From Octopus sinensis (taxonomy: Eukaryota): a stretch of 9,708 nucleotides of DNA. A model generated the notes under the pieces. It was not told the DNA's origin, ran no database searches, and saw only the letters and a program-made list of their open reading frames with translations. Position 1 is the stretch's first letter. Every line of letters starts with the position of its first letter. Below, piece by piece: positions 8,059 through 9,708 of this stretch. The DNA is taken from contig NW_021827834.1 of the NCBI RefSeq assembly GCF_006345805.1, forward strand, positions 1-9,708, written 5' to 3'. The translations under genes and the position numbers were made by a program.

Positions 8059-8306
8059 ATATACATATATATATATATATATATATAGATATATATATAC
8101 ATATATATTTATATAATACATTACATACATATATATACATATATATATATACTATATATATATATATACACACACACACATATACATATATATATATATT
8201 ATATATATATATATATACGCGAGAACACACACACAGATGGAAAGACACACATACACATATATGGGGACACACAAACACATAGATATGTATATGCATACAT
8301 ACAAGC

Positions 8307-8342
<36 letters not shown>

Positions 8343-8366
8343 TCAAGCATACATACATACGTTTAT

Positions 8367-8407
<41 letters not shown>
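8059..8407. repeat. compound TA/CA microsatellite tract
   Basis: Direct reading. Confidence 0.92.
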
Positions 8408-8784
8408 CGAATGAATGTATAATTATATATGTATACGCATGTATGTGTCAGTCTGTATGAGTTTATATAAATATTACGCGTGAATGTTTGTCACACAGCT
8501 CTTTAATTACTTTGTCTCCGACGTCCCCGTCTTCCTGTGATGCAAGGTTTCACCTGACACCAAATCACTCTCATTGCCATCACTTAAGGACGTCTATCTC
8601 ACCTTCCTTTAAGTTTCCAACTTCATCATCTGCGTAACCAATTCACCTTAATGGATATTAACGTTCAACAGGTGAATTCCTATGAACGCATATTTGATTA
8701 TTATGAAGTGGGTTTAAACTTTCTTTTTTTTCAATATACATTTCTGAAAGCTGGTTGTCTCTCCTTCAGTAAATATCGCACGTC

Positions 8785-8905
8785 TATATATGCACATATA
8801 TACATATATCTCTTTGTGCACACATATATACATTCGCACAAGCAATTTATACATGCATACATCTATTATATATATATACATACACACACACACACACATA
8901 CACAC

Positions 8906-8948
<43 letters not shown>

Positions 8949-9133
8949 GATAGATAGATATACATATATACACACATATGTATATATATGCATATACAGA
9001 TACAAACACAGACACACACACACATATATATATATAGATATACATACACACATATGTATATATATGCATATACAGACACAAACACAGACACACACATATA
9101 TATTATATATACTAATTCCCACACACATATGTA
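8785..9133. repeat. compound TA/CA/TAGA microsatellite tract with internal ~76-80-bp duplication
   Basis: CACACATATGTATATATATGCATATACAGA occurs at 8971 and 9047. Confidence 0.9.
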
Positions 9134-9424
9134 CTCAAGTTTACGTCTGATATATAAATGCCGACATCTTAATTTCGGTGTTATGTATTCCTGGCAATTC
9201 GCAATTTCTCTTATTTTTCTGTGATAAAAGACGATACCCTAAACGGTAAATTCTCTTCCGTGTCTTCTTCTGGTGCATTTAGCTTCATTGTACGTTCTTT
9301 TGGATGTTGTTTCATCATTTTATATTTTACTATTTTTCGACCTCATGCTTTCGTTAGTCTGATTCCAAGCATGGTTTGTTTGACATACACTCCGCTTCAT
9401 CATCATTGATTTAATTGTGGTAGT

Positions 9425-9500
9425 ATTATATAATATATATTATATATAATATTATATATATATATATATATAGATATATATATATATATATATATATATA
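9425..9500. repeat. (TA)n microsatellite
   Basis: Direct reading. Confidence 0.93.
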
Positions 9501-9708
9501 AGTTTAACAATTAAGGATAATCTCTTAATAAGGGATCTAAAAGAAATTATCGGGTAGCTAGCGTGAAAACCTCATAAAAGAAAAGAATTCGAAAATAATT
9601 TTTTTCTTTTGAACAAATTAATTATATCTATATTGTATAGAGGGCATTATTACACATAAATGCCTCACACTAGGAGGGACAAAGTCATTACTACCAAAAT
9701 TATACTAA

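Noticed and set aside
8575-8642. Minus-strand GYADD, resembling the reverse transcriptase YADD motif
   Set aside because: In-frame stops lie two codons upstream and about 15 codons downstream, and no other RT motifs are present.
7980-9224. Many overlapping ORFs rich in YI, CV and HT
   Set aside because: Translations of dinucleotide repeats, which lack stop codons. The same applies to the ORFs at 808-1464, 2035-2249, 3476-4037, 4399-5314 and 7343-7624.

Overview
AT-rich, microsatellite-dense eukaryotic non-coding DNA, probably intronic or intergenic. The SINE families and microsatellite density look like octopus (coleoid cephalopod) DNA, judged from recall of those repeats rather than a search. 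No credible intact protein-coding gene is present, and most long ORFs are microsatellite read-throughs. The window holds copies of two tRNA-derived SINE families: A, with a Meta-like central domain, and B, with a CORE-like 5' half and an internal microsatellite. There is also a fragment of a third, V-domain-like SINE. The main results are: (i) an intact type I hammerhead ribozyme on the minus strand at 1046-1133, inside a ~280-bp (TA)n-bounded module; (ii) two related minimal hammerhead-like motifs with variant cores at 876-906 (-) and 6541-6578 (+), typical of Penelope-like/retrozyme termini; and (iii) a ~434-bp imperfect palindrome at 3072-3505.
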